The notes below the pieces were generated by a model. The model had not been told where the DNA came from, did not search any database, and saw only the letters and a program-made list of their open reading frames with translations. A DNA stretch of 64,000 bases from NCBI GenBank assembly GCA_030141605.1, contig JAQGDQ010000494.1, positions 62,001 to 126,000 on the forward strand. The letters run 5' to 3'. Below, piece by piece: positions 12,234-24,513 of the stretch (its first letter is position 1; each line of letters opens with the position of its first letter). Source of the DNA: Tubiluchus corallicola (Eukaryota > Animalia > Priapulida). The position numbers and the translations under genes are program-made.

Positions 12234-12532
12234 CGTTGTATTGGTTGTGTATAGCTGATTATTGGTGTTTTACGAATGGCAAAACTATGAAAAGACTGAT
12301 TACAAAACTACACGTTTATTAAATATCAAACACAATAGATATAACAGATAGTAATGTTAAGCCCCTGATCTAGCTGCCCTGCTCCAGCTCCGTACTCAGT
12401 CTAATCTCAATTCCCTGAGCTGGGCGCATCGCACGGCTTATATATCGTGCGCGGAGCTTCGACACCTAGATTCTGAATCACTTGCTCACGTGACACCACT
12501 CCTTACTGGCTTCATACCAGCATTCATCAACA
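12234..12532 (-). mobile_element. Solo LTR-like element downstream of the galactosyltransferase
   Basis: Perfect 5-bp TSD TAATT (12229-12233, 12533-12537); ends (c)GTTG...CAACA; minus-strand TATATAAG and AATAAA. Confidence 0.5.
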
Positions 12533-13665
12533 TAATTATATATCATAATCGAATGCTTTTAACATAGTTTAACAGGTTCTCTTTACTTTAATATAATAAA
12601 TACAATAGCTCAATAGTGTTATAGTGTTTACTCACAACGGAATAAGAAGTTGTCAGTCGCATGCATCGTATAATATGATTGACTGGCATACTGTCTCATG
12701 TAGCCATGGGAAGATAGTGGACATATGAAGCCATGTGTTGATAAGAAAAATTTATCATCCCTTAATGTGAAGGATTTTAGGTTATTTTATTACTTCAGTG
12801 TTCTCTCATTCTGTAAACCCCCCATACTGTCCTTTTTAACTGCATTCATGTATGTATGTCTTGACTTGGCTTCTTTCTGTCATGCTCTACTGACAAAGCT
12901 AGTTTACCTGCCTAGTTGGCAGACTGTTCTTGGCTAAGAAAGTTGTTGTTTTGTCTCAGTTAAACCATTTATTTGTCAAGAGTAGTAGAGCCATGATGTA
13001 AGTTTATTTTGATTAGTCATTCTCCTACATGTAGTCTACATTCCTTATGTGCACTGTAGTAATATGGCAGTCATAAATAAGTGTTGTAGATTAAAAATGT
13101 TTCTTAATGTTTACATTACATCCACGTTATGAATTCTTATAATATAAATTAATTTTGTGTAGAAAAAGCTCAATTACTCTAATTTTCACATTAGCGATCA
13201 GCAAAACGCCTTATGGCAAATGGCTAAATTCATTTCGCCACAAGGTGCCTTATGAACCATTCAAAACTTCTCATGAGGAGTCTACATGTAATATATCAAC
13301 ACGGAAGCTGTTTAACTTTTCATATCATACGAGCGCTAGATATATTTCTACTAGACTTAATATTATTTATTTTGATGTGATTCACAGAAATGTGCATACA
13401 ATTTATACGTCAGGCTGAATAACAGTGAAAATTTTACATGCTAGAACATTTTAAACAGTGATGCAAACTTTACTTCTGTAATTGGCTGTCATTGGCGTAG
13501 TTTGTTATATCGTTAATTGTTATTTGTGTTATTGTTGTGTGTCATGATTTATTGTATTATTTGTATTAATTTGTGATGTGTATATGAACTTTGTGAAGTT
13601 TGAAATAAAATATTAAATCTAAATCTAAATCTACCGCGGATTATGGCTGATGGTTTACGGTAGTT

Positions 13666-14536
13666 GGCGGTAGTCAGGAAATGGACTAGCTGTGTGACAA
13701 GAACCATTGGTTAGCATAAGGTGGCTTTGGCGGTAGTCAGGAAGTGGATTAGCTGTGTGACAAGAACCATTGGTTAGCATAAGGTGGCTTTGGCGGTAGT
13801 CAGGGAAATGGATTAGCTGTGTGACAAGAACCATTGGTTAGCATAAGGTGGCATTGGCGGTAGTCAGGAAGTGGATTAGCTGTGTGACAAGAACCATTGG
13901 TTAGCATAAGGTGGCATTGGCGGTAGTCAGGAAGTGGATTAGCTGTGTGACAAGAACCATTGGTTAGCATAAGGTGGCATTGGCGGTAGTCAGGAAGCGG
14001 ATTAGCTGTGTGACAAGAACCATTGGTTAGCATAAGGTGGCTTTGGCGGTAGTCAGGAAGTGGATTAGCTGTGTGACAAGAACCATTAGTTAGCATAAGG
14101 TGGCTTTGGCGGTAGTCAGGAAATGGACTAGCTGTGTGACAAGAACCATTGGTTAGCATAAGGTGGCTTTGGCGGTAGTCAGGAAGTAGATTAGCTGTAT
14201 GACAAGAACCATTGGTTAGCATAAGGTGGCTTTGGCGGTAGTCAGGAAATGGACTAGCTGTGTGACAAGAACCATTGGTTAGCATAAGGTGGCTTTGGCG
14301 GTAGTCAGGAAATGGACTAGCTGTGTGACAAGAACCATTGGTTAGCATAAGGTGGCTTTGGCAGTAGTCAGGAAGTGGACTAGCTGTGCGACAAGAACCA
14401 TTGGTTAGCATAAGGTGGCTTTGGCGGTAGTCAGGAAATGGATTAGCTGTGTGACAAGAACCATTGGTTAGCATAAGGTGGCTTTGGCAGTAGTCAGGAA
14501 GTGGACTAGCTGTGTGACAAGAACCATTGGTTAGCA
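13666..14536. repeat. 63-bp tandem repeat, ~14 copies
   Basis: Unit ggcggtagtcaggaaatggattagctgtgtgacaagaaccattggttagcataaggtggcttt, near-identical copies; 21-aa periodicity in the ORF track. Confidence 0.95.
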
Positions 14537-14759
14537 CAATGTGGCTCTTTGTCCTCATGGCTTATGTTTTACGAATCATATCCAGCTTTGTCTGACACGA
14601 ACTTAAATGGGAAGAAAAGAAAATTTTAAAAATATGACACAAAAAATGTTCAACACAGAGTTATATAACTTAACATTACGCTTCTTTGTTTGAAAACGTG
14701 CGTAACTAGAAAGGAAAATTCTTAGTGATTTTAAATGTTCGCACCTTCTGGTAAAATGT

Positions 14760-14839
14760 CACTGGCTCACCTTCCCATTGTGCACCACTGGCTCACCTTC
14801 CCATTGTGCACCACTGGCTCACCTTCCCATTGTGCACCA
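14760..14839. repeat. 26-bp tandem repeat x3 inside a dispersed element also seen at ~52195-52290
   Basis: actggctcaccttcccattgtgcacc x3; a single unit with the same flanks (ctggtaaaatgt..., tgacaa.ataaagtaattta) occurs near 52200. Confidence 0.75.
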
Positions 14840-15072
14840 GTGACGCATTTTTAATTTTGTTGACAAGATAAAGTAATTTATACTTTTAATGAGTTAGTGA
14901 AGTTTGTACGACGAATGCTGTGATTATTTTTCCAAACTTTACTCAGTGTTATTTAAATGTATTTCAAACGGCGTACCATTAAAATGGCTACGGCTAATGG
15001 TCATCGCGACAGTTTAAATTTACAAGTTTTGGTGGATGTAGTTTGCAATTTCCCAGATTATTTAAATACCGT

Positions 15073-15625
15073 AACCCTAACCCTAATCCTAACCCAACCC
15101 TAACCGTATCGCTAAATCTAACCTTAACCCCAACCATAATCCTAACCCTAACCCTAACCCTACCCTAATCCTACCCGTATCCCTAAATCTAGCCCTAACC
15201 CCAACAATAATCCTAACCCTAACCCAAACCCTAACCTTAATCCTAACCCAACCCTAACCGTATCGCTAAATCTAACCCTAACCCTAATCCTAATCCTAAC
15301 CCAACCCTACCCGTATCCCTAAATCTAGCCCTAACCCCAACCATAATCCTAACCCTAACCCAAACCCTAACCTTAATCCTAACCCAACCCTACCCGTATC
15401 CCTAAATCTAGCCCTAACCCTAACCCCAACCATAATCCTAACCCTAACCCAAACCCTAACCCTAACCCTAATCCTAACCCAACCCTAACCGTATCGCTAA
15501 ATCTAACCCTAACCCCAACGATAATCCTAACCCTAACCCAAACCCTAACCTTAATCCTAACCCAACCCTAACCGTATCACTAAATCTAACCCTAACCCCA
15601 ACGATAATCCTAAGCCTAATCCTAA
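15073..15625. repeat. Degenerate telomere-like (CCCTAA) higher-order repeat, ~7 units of ~70-95 bp
   Basis: CCCTAA variants interspersed with a recurring cgtatc(g/c)ctaaatct core. Confidence 0.85.
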
Positions 15626-15797
15626 TTCGCTTCACGAATAAATTTCTTGTGTGTGTGTGTGGAATTGTAAACTTTAACTAGCGTTATTGCTAATACAAGT
15701 CATGCGCTTATTTCAGTATATAGGTGATTCAGAATTTCAAGAAGATTTTTTTAGGTTTATGTTAGCAAAAGGGTTTCCTTATTGTGAAGTATAAATA

Positions 15798-16150
15798 CAG
15801 CGTTCCCTCACTTATCGCGAGTGTTCCGTTCCAGGCCCACTGGATAAGTGAATTTCCGTGAAGTAGGGACGCTATACATATTTTAGTAGTTGTACATTAT
15901 TTTAAGTCTTTATAAACCCTCCCCACACTCTTATACATAACCCTTAACCCTTTTTATGCTAAATTCATCAAATATATACATTACTGCACAATACGTACTG
16001 CGCATGTGCAAAAAATGCTTTAGACGGAGCAGCGCAAACATCCGCGAAACAGCGAAAATACCGCGTTAAATATTTCCCATTAAAATTTTTGAAAACCCGC
16101 GAAACAGCGAATCCGCGATGAACGAACCGCGAAGTAGCGAGGGAACACTG
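15798..16150. mobile_element. Tc1/mariner-pogo (Tigger-like) MITE
   Basis: ta|CAGCGTTCCCTCACTTATCGCG ... CGCGAAGTAGCGAGGGAACACTG|ca: TIRs with a TA target, right copy mutated. Confidence 0.75.
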
Positions 16151-16486
16151 CACGTAGGCTGACTCTGAATGCTCCATCTGCAAACTTGATTTTTAAGTTT
16201 ATAGCAAAATCTCGCAGTTTTCCATTGAGCTAATATTATTATTTATTCTCTGCCACTTTAACGCGTTATAACTCGTAAGCCTTGCAAGTTAGGGTCACTA
16301 AACTCGCAGGGTTGGTACGCATGGGCGCTAACGTACAACAGTGCCCACTGGTCAAGGGGGAAGGGGAGTGGGCATTGGCAGGGGGAAATTTTTCGCTAGG
16401 AGGCGAAAACCGAAAAATGGGGGTTGGAAACAGAAATGCATCAAGTGTCTTGAAATAATACCGTGTAGCATATCAAATGAAAGGTC

Positions 16487-17620
<1,134 letters not shown>

Positions 17621-17959
17621 TATGTTGCAGTTTGTCTTGTGCTTTTTTCTCTTTTTTAATTATTATTATTTGTATTGATTGTATGGGTACGAATATATGA
17701 TAGAAATCACATTATACTATTATATTGTACATCTCCAGACTTACTTAATAAATTACTGATCAAAAATGGTTGCCCGGTTATACAGTTATTTGTAAGTAAC
17801 AATGTACAATGCAGAATCTATTTATATAGTCCACTACATTATTTAAAATCTCAGCATATTGAACAATGAAATACATTTAAAATTTATCAGAAACATAAAA
17901 TTTAAAAGACATTAAAAACTAAAAAACAATAAAAATTAAAAAAATAATTTATCATGAAA

Positions 17960-18365
17960 AGTACAATTTAAACAAATCTGTTTTAAGACGTTGTTTAAAA
18001 CAATCTAATGAATTTGTAGAACGTCTAGCAACAGGCAAGTTATTCCAGAGATGCAGAGCTCAGGTAGAAAAAACTTTTTCACCATAGAATACTGTATTAG
18101 GAATTGGCTGATGTAAATTAATTGGTTCATTAGCATTAGAACGAAGTGTTCTTACTATATTACGGCGTATTAAAAAACCATTAAAGTATGCAGGTGCCAA
18201 CCCATGCAGTATTTTGTAGGTGATATAAGGAATTTTAAACTGATTTCGCAACAATGTAACTCTCTTAGAATGGGTGTAATATGATCGTATTTTCTAGTTT
18301 TCGTAATTAGACGGGCAGCAGAGTTTTGAATTAGCTGAAGTTCGCGCTTTTCATGTTCAGGGAGT
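17960..18365 (-). mobile_element. L2/CR1-group LINE ORF2 3' fragment (frameshifted)
   Basis: LQLIQNSAARLITKTRKYDHITPILRELH / FKI..ITYKILHGLAPAY....RTLRS, the characteristic L2-type C-terminus. Confidence 0.8.
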
Positions 18366-18728
18366 CTAAAATTTTCTACCATTACAGGTTAAACAAATCA
18401 AGTCCCTATCAGCATTTAAAACAAAATTAAAATCACTAATATTAACCAGATATGAAATACCATCACACCAGTACGACAACATACACACTAATTCAGAATT
18501 TATATATCCACGGCCATATTAATTAAATCATAATTTTTTTCATTTTTTTATGCATAGTTGTAAATATGTTTGATTTTATTCGTCGTTACTTTCCATTACT
18601 GCACAGTAGTTTAGAGTGCACTGACGCATTTGCTTTTAGCAGTGTAAGTTTTTATTAACTAACACTGATTGATCATCTCTGTAAAGTTTTTATCAGTGAT
18701 TATCAATGTATTTTAATGGCAAATAATG

Positions 18729-18730
<2 letters not shown>

Positions 18731-18776
<46 letters not shown>
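18731..18776. repeat. (TA)n microsatellite
   Basis: Direct reading. Confidence 0.95.
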
Positions 18777-18780
<4 letters not shown>

Positions 18781-19054
18781 TAAACTATTGCAATAATCAA
18801 GTTTGGACGTTACGAAGGTATGCATGAGACTCTCAGTTGTTTGTGTAAATAACTTGCAGATAAATTTCGCTAATTCTGTTAAATTTAATACATTTAATAA
18901 ATTAATATTAAATTTTACACTGACTTATTTTACTTTTCATTTCCTTGAACATTTTCTTAGAAATTACCGCGATTTTAAAACTGGGTCCGTTAAAACCATT
19001 ATGCAAAATCCCTGCGAATATTAGCACGTATGCAGGATGATGCAATTGCATTGA

Positions 19055-19080
19055 TGACGTACAATCGTTGCCATGGAAAC
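19055..19080 (+). promoter_or_regulatory. CRE half-site + RFX X-box module of protamine-like gene 1
   Basis: TGACGTA-caatc-GTTGCCATGGAAAC; the X-box ends 108 nt before the ATG and is conserved in the paralog. Confidence 0.7.
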
Positions 19081-19187
19081 TGTTCAACTTTGTTTTTGAA
19101 GTAACACAAACGAGTTGATTCTCCGTCTGACGCTCGCCTGAGGAAGTTGGTGTTGGATTCTTCTCTTTTTACCAACCAAAGAAAAAC

Positions 19188-19623
19188 ATGGCTGGTAAGT
19201 AGGCACACAGACATGTTATAGCATCAAAAAGCAGATAAGAGGATAAACCTTCATTAAGGCAATTAATGCCTTCAGTAATAAGGAGAATTAGGAAACTGAT
19301 GTTGAAATCAATTAAGAAATCCGTGTGATTTTAATAAACTTTGCTTTCCAGGTGGAATTTCTCGCCTTGAGAGACGACGTTCCCGTAGACGCTCCCGTTC
19401 CCGTTCGCGTCGACGTTCTCGTTATGGAAGACGTTCCCGTCGGCGCTCTATTTCCCGTCGACGTTCTCGTTATGGAAGAATTCCCGGTCCACCTTATCCT
19501 GATCGATTCGGTGGAATCGAATATCCTGAGACGTTCCCATGGTCACGGCCTTGGAGGCCATCACCTCCTAGGCCACGACCTCCAAGGCCACGACCTCCAA
19601 GACCTCCTATTGATCCTTGGTAA
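19188..19623 (+). CDS. Protamine-like Arg/Ser-rich protein 1 (join 19188-19194, 19352-19623; 92 aa)
   Basis: aacATGGCTG|GTAAGT ... ttgctttccAG| gives MAGGISRLERRRSRRRSRSRSRRRSRYGRRSRRRSISRRRSRYGRIPGPPYPDRFGGIEYPETFPWSRPWRPSPPRPRPPRPRPPRPPIDPW*. 31/92 Arg, no Lys or Cys. Splice sites and phase are conserved in the paralog. Confidence 0.82.
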
Positions 19624-19774
19624 TAAGGGGCATAGTGGCCACGACCTCCAAGGCCTCCTCCTATCCTGCAACGACGAGGGTAGGCCCATCTCTGCCGAAA
19701 TACAAGCTCTGCAAAACTTCACGGTATGGCAGCCTTACTGAGAATATTTGTTGAATTGGAACTGCAGGTTATTT

Positions 19775-20000
19775 ATTTTGACTTACAATGATGTATGAAA
19801 TTGTACCGTAATTTATTAGCATTTCCGGAGTTGCAGTCAAACACAACATTTTACTATTGTACATGAAGATACTGGTTACAAATGCACTGAGAAGTCGTAA
19901 ATTTGTTTTGAGGGAAAGTTTCTTGCTGGCGAGAATTGATTTATCTTTGATAAAACAGTATATTGCTTGCTGTTTCATATTTTTCGTCTCATCAATTATG
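19775..20000 (-). mobile_element. RTE-like LINE fragment in the 3' region of gene 1
   Basis: KKLSLKTNLRLLSAFVTSIFMYNS resembles the post-RT segment of RTE ORF2; absent from the homologous region of gene 2. Confidence 0.5.
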
Positions 20001-20829
20001 ATGCCATTATTCAAAATTTTAAATCGCACTTAGAGTACCTTACTAACACATGATTTTTTTGTCATTGAAATGACAGATTTACAAGCAGAAGGGAAAAAGT
20101 TTCTGCCACAAAAAGTTTTCGATCTTCATCATTACTGTAACGTCAGATGAGCTTAGCTTCAGTGGAAAATCAACCTTTCATACTTTCACGAAATTGTTAA
20201 ATGTTGTTAAAAAAAATTAATAAAGTTTTGGCTTAAAGCATTTTTTGGTTTTATTGTATTGTGATTATGTGAAAAATCTGTGAAATTGTATCGTAATTAT
20301 TATAAATGTTGTGATAATTTTTGCAACCAGTGTCGTCATACTTATTTTATGCAGAAAATTAAAGCCATCTAATGAATGTAATACGAGTCTGAATTGGACA
20401 TCAGCATGCCTTACACGCCCTATGTGGAGGCTGCAAGCCATTATCCGTGCACTCGATCAAATGCAGGGATTACTATGGCGTCGATTGTGAGGCGGGATCA
20501 GCACCTAGCTTAACAGAAAAGCAATTATACAAGATGCAATATACATATACATATACATCTATAATTATATATATATATATATAATATATATAATCGTTAT
20601 CTCATACAATTCATTAGATAAATGTGACTTTCTAATAGTTAGCAAATTTAGTAAATAAAATAATATTAATAATAATTAATGAGTGCGTTAGTTGAAAAAA
20701 CTAAGTACTGATATTTACATATATAAAATATTTGCACACTAGGCCTACATAGAAGACCAAATCAGTAATGACTTTACACTGTTGCAAGATTATCTACTAA
20801 TATAGCTAACTGGCTATTGTGAATTCCAG

Positions 20830-21452
20830 CGTTAAGTACTCCGCTACCAATGATTCCTTGATAATATTTCCGTTAATAATGGTTTCTATGTTTGCACTAT
20901 TAATTTATCCTTTCATAAAATCAGATACTTTTAATTTTCATGACAGTAAAACAGTACTATTAGTAATCCCTAGTGAACCGCTTGAATATTTTAAGTTAAA
21001 ACCAGTTGCGCTTCTGATATCATTGCTAACGATTTTACAAAGATACTGATACGTTTAGTGACATAAGACATTGCCTTATAAATTTTACGGCTCTCGAACA
21101 GAAACATGCCACAACGGAGAGTTTAAATCAGTAATCACTGGTAATAAATTACTGTGTGTGGGCCAGGGTAAAGAAAAAAATTCCAAGCGGTATTTAACCG
21201 ATCTTGTCTCTTTGTATCTAATCACAAGGGGCAGCTGACCAAGTGACCAATAAGTCTTTCGCTGTTCTTTCTCAGTTGCAATGAAATGTAAAAATAATTA
21301 TGCCAAATTTTAACTGCTATTGAAAAAATAAAATTGAATTGAATTAATCGCTTAGATTGGCAGCCATAATAAGCAGAGCGATAGGCTTTTAATATTTACC
21401 TTTAACCAGCACATTTATGGACTTGAAACTCTTAATAAATCTGTTCAACTAA
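20830..21452. repeat. Duplicated block, copy 1 (copy 2 at ~26090-26714)
   Basis: High identity from gttaa.tactccgcta.caatgattccttgataatatttccg to ctgttcaactaa. Confidence 0.9.
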
Positions 21453-21930
21453 TTTATTAGTTCATCTCGCTTTTTTAAGACACCCTTGTCATCTGTTAAG
21501 TCATATGTAACATCACCTAATATATTAATATAATAGTAATAATTAGCTAATATAATAATATCCACCCAAGTTAAAGGAACATTTTGTAGACAAATATTGG
21601 GCAAAGCAATTGTAGAGCTCACATTCTTTCTAAATTTAATACACATACTTTTTATTTTGGTTCCACTGATATTTACAGAATTTGCTTCATATTCTTCGCC
21701 ATATTTTTCACATATCTTGAGCATCATTTGTAATGCTCTGCACTAAGGAACTAGCGAACTTGGATCATCTTGATATACAAACGCACCATAGTAAACTCGT
21801 CCAATATTACAACCATAACACGCTATTTGCAACCCTTAACAATCCATCAAGGCTGTTGGTGACATAGCTGCACCCTGCCTGACACCGTTTCCTACAGTAA
21901 TATTATCAGATCTATGCCCATTCCAATCAT
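21350..21930 (-). mobile_element. Degenerate LINE reverse-transcriptase fragment
   Basis: Minus strand reads WNGHRSDNITVGNGVRQGAAMSP, then GCNIGRVYYGAFVYQDD (decayed YADD), MLKICEKYGEEY and YYGCQ; contains stops and frameshifts. Confidence 0.8.
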
Positions 21931-23144
21931 AGATTTAAGTGTCATTGTAAGGTTCTTACACAGCTAAACTAGATATGACTGTAGTATAGTCTGTGGGAAT
22001 GGCTTCCTACCTATCACACCTCCTTTCATAATATATTATAACCTAACCATGCATAACATGGTCTTGGAAAGTGCATAACACAGATATCCAGGAGAATACA
22101 GTGGAACTGCTGAATCAAAAATCAGCCAAAAATGCTTTAACTCTTAACTTTAACTTTGCTTTACGAAAATGGTTAAAAATCCTAATCTTGGTTATAAGAG
22201 TCTCTGAAGCACTAAACTTGTGCACATCTACTATTTGACTGATCTAACATAAAGAGACTATCAGTGGTGATACCAAACTACTTCAGTTTTGATGTTGTGG
22301 ATGGAGCTTTATTCACACTGATGAGATGTTGGAACTCTCTACGATGTGTCTTATTCTAAACTACATCGAGATGCGTAACTAGCCACCAGTGTCCAGACGT
22401 TGTGGATTGTGGACTTATCCTGAGTCAACCACAGAGACTTGTGAGCCATTCCTTGGTTCATATTTGATTGGTGCTACAGCCGGCGTCATCACCGTTGATT
22501 GTAATGGCCATAGACTTGAAGTTGTTGATGTGTTGCTGTGACTGACTGGAGTGAGCTACGTTCGCGGACTCCTCTCCTATGTCCTTATCCTCTCAGGGGA
22601 AGGGTTAACTGATAAGTAGACATTTTGTTTTCTTTTCACTTTGTCATTTTTGTTATTATGAACTGCCTTTATGCGAAACTGTTATTGATAATATAACCTG
22701 TTCTAATTTATCTAAACAGAGTAAAAAGTGAATAAAAATAGTAAACATAATCATAATCTTTTCCTCCATTTCATATCAGATTTTGTTGTTGGAATGTTTG
22801 AAATCTATGTATGTCATGGTCAACATGGAAAACCATAATGCCTAAGTAAACCCCCGTAAAACGTAACATCAAGCGTTAGACCCGCTGGTTTTTCAAGTGA
22901 GCATGTTTTTCAATAAAGACATATTAATTATACCTGTGTCGTTGAAATTTTTGGTTCATATGCCTTGTTGCCCTCTGGAAAATTGTAGGACAACAACCGC
23001 CCACGTATGTTGCACAACCCTTTTATTGTGAGTAAAAGATGACGCGACAGATTTGTGGATGAGTTGGGAGGTAAAGAGTTGCACCCCCACCATAAAAATC
23101 TACTAGCTCCTAACAGTCATATATGCATAGAGAGGCCTTCCTTT

Positions 23145-23520
23145 TTCTTTTTCTTCTTCTTCTTCTGTTACTCTAGACATCTATTCTAAACATTGACCTT
23201 GAGCCTCTATCCTTTACTGGAACACTCCACTGTTTCCTGTCCGCAGCAAAATTTTTCACCTTCTGTCATGCTATTGTTAGGTTTGGCCTCAGTAAATCTT
23301 TCTTAAATCTTGATATCCAAGCTGTTTTTAGTTTGCTTGGGAGCAATTTAGCAGGTTTTAGTACCTCGTTCAGTGCTAATCTTGCTGGTGGTGTTTCTGG
23401 CAATTTCATTAAAATTAAGGTCCTACCCATCTTAACCTTCTGATTCTGGGATTTTAGTTCTGTTATACGTGTGCTCTTTTAAAAAGATAAACGGCTATTT
23501 TTATTTTCAATGTGTTTCTC
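23145..23520 (-). mobile_element. RTE-like LINE 3' end
   Basis: LRWVG..MKLPETPPARLALNEVLKP...KTAWISRFKKDL followed by a (GAA)n tail on the minus strand; related to 52870-53230. Confidence 0.6.
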
Positions 23521-23604
23521 AGTAGATCTAGAAAAAACCCCCGAGGTGTTCGTTTTTAGGCCTCAATTGTGAACTGGAACAGATAAACCCTGTGATGTTC
23601 GGTA

Positions 23605-23657
23605 TGACGTATGACGACACATATTGTATGGTGACGCACAATCATTACCATGGAAAC
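23605..23657 (+). promoter_or_regulatory. CRE half-sites + RFX X-box module of protamine-like gene 2
   Basis: TGACG at 23605, 23612 and 23632; TGACGCA-caatc-ATTACCATGGAAAC, ending 108 nt before the ATG. Confidence 0.65.
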
Positions 23658-23764
23658 GGTTCATCTTGCTCCGAGGCATCACTGAAGCCGAAGGAGTTGA
23701 TTGTGATACTCGGCTGAGAAACGTGGTGCTGGACTTCTCTCCCTTTATCGAGTAAAACAAGGAC

Positions 23765-24218
23765 ATGGCTGGTAAGCAGACACGGGTTGTTTATACAGCT
23801 TCAAAAAGTAAATAAACTACAGTTGATTAAGGCCTAAGATATTTATAAGAATTACTTAACTGACGCTTAAATTAATTAACAATTTAGTGCAAATTATTAT
23901 GAACTTTGCTTTCCAGGCTCACGTTTTCGCAGTGAGAGACGACGTTCCGGTAGACGTTCCCGTTCCCGTTCTCGCCGACGTTCTCGTTATGGAAGACGTT
24001 CCCGTCGGCGCTCTCCTTCCCGTCGACGTTCTCGTTATGGAAGACGTTCCCGTCGGCGCTCTCCTTCCCGTCAACGTTATCATTATGGAGGAAGTTCTCC
24101 CCGACGTTCTCGTTATGGAAGACGTTCCCGTCGACGTTCTCGTTACGGAAGACGCAAAATAATACAACCACCACCACCACTCCCACCACCATTCATAATT
24201 TGGCCTGAAGACCAGTAG
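23765..24218 (+). CDS. Protamine-like Arg/Ser-rich protein 2 (join 23765-23771, 23917-24218; 102 aa)
   Basis: gacATGGCTG|GTAAGC ... ttgctttccAG| gives MAGSRFRSERRRSGRRSRSRSRRRSRYGRRSRRRSPSRRRSRYGRRSRRRSPSRQRYHYGGSSPRRSRYGRRSRRRSRYGRRKIIQPPPPLPPPFIIWPEDQ*. 40/102 Arg. Candidate AATAAA at 24741. Confidence 0.82.
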
Positions 24219-24302
24219 AGTGGGGTTAGACATAGAAATTCTATGAAACTTCATGGTATGGCGTTTTTATTGAGAAATTCATCATCTAGAACTGCAGACT
24301 TA

Positions 24303-24513
24303 AGTGGCATTTATGTAGCATGCGGACGTGGATGCGTTTTCTTCCTGCGGAACAGATACGGATGCGTTTTTCTACACGGAACAGATGCGGAAGAGCTGCG
24401 GAAAAAGAATAACGTATACGCAGCTGCATAAACGGGGTCACTGAAAAATAATAAACCGATTTTGTCTATTCCTTATCCCCCAAAACGCATCCGCATTCTA
24501 GATAAACGCCACT
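24303..24513. mobile_element. PIF/Harbinger-type MITE in the 3' UTR region of gene 2
   Basis: tta|AGTGGCATTTATGTAGCATGCGGA ... TCCGCATTCTAGATAAACGCCACT|tta: TIRs and a 3-bp TTA TSD; absent from gene 1. Confidence 0.75.

Noticed and set aside
12699-13040. Second solo LTR (tgtag...ctaca)
   Set aside because: No matching target-site duplication was found.
13666-14536. Possible CRISPR-like array (also 26724-27575 and 63570-64000)
   Set aside because: Head-to-tail units without unique spacers, eukaryotic context, and no cas genes.
19188-19623. SR splicing-factor interpretation of the RS-rich proteins
   Set aside because: No RRM or other folded domain, under 105 aa, and Arg clusters with Tyr-Gly rather than long pure RS runs.
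19325-19741. Track ORFs with DVPV/VMED repeats (also 23887-24162) and antisense TRTSTG/HNENVG ORFs (23884-24254)
   Set aside because: Alternative frames of the Arg/Ser repeat; the plus-strand ones start at non-ATG codons inside the intron. The spliced Arg-rich frame has a conserved ATG, donor, acceptor and phase in both paralogs.
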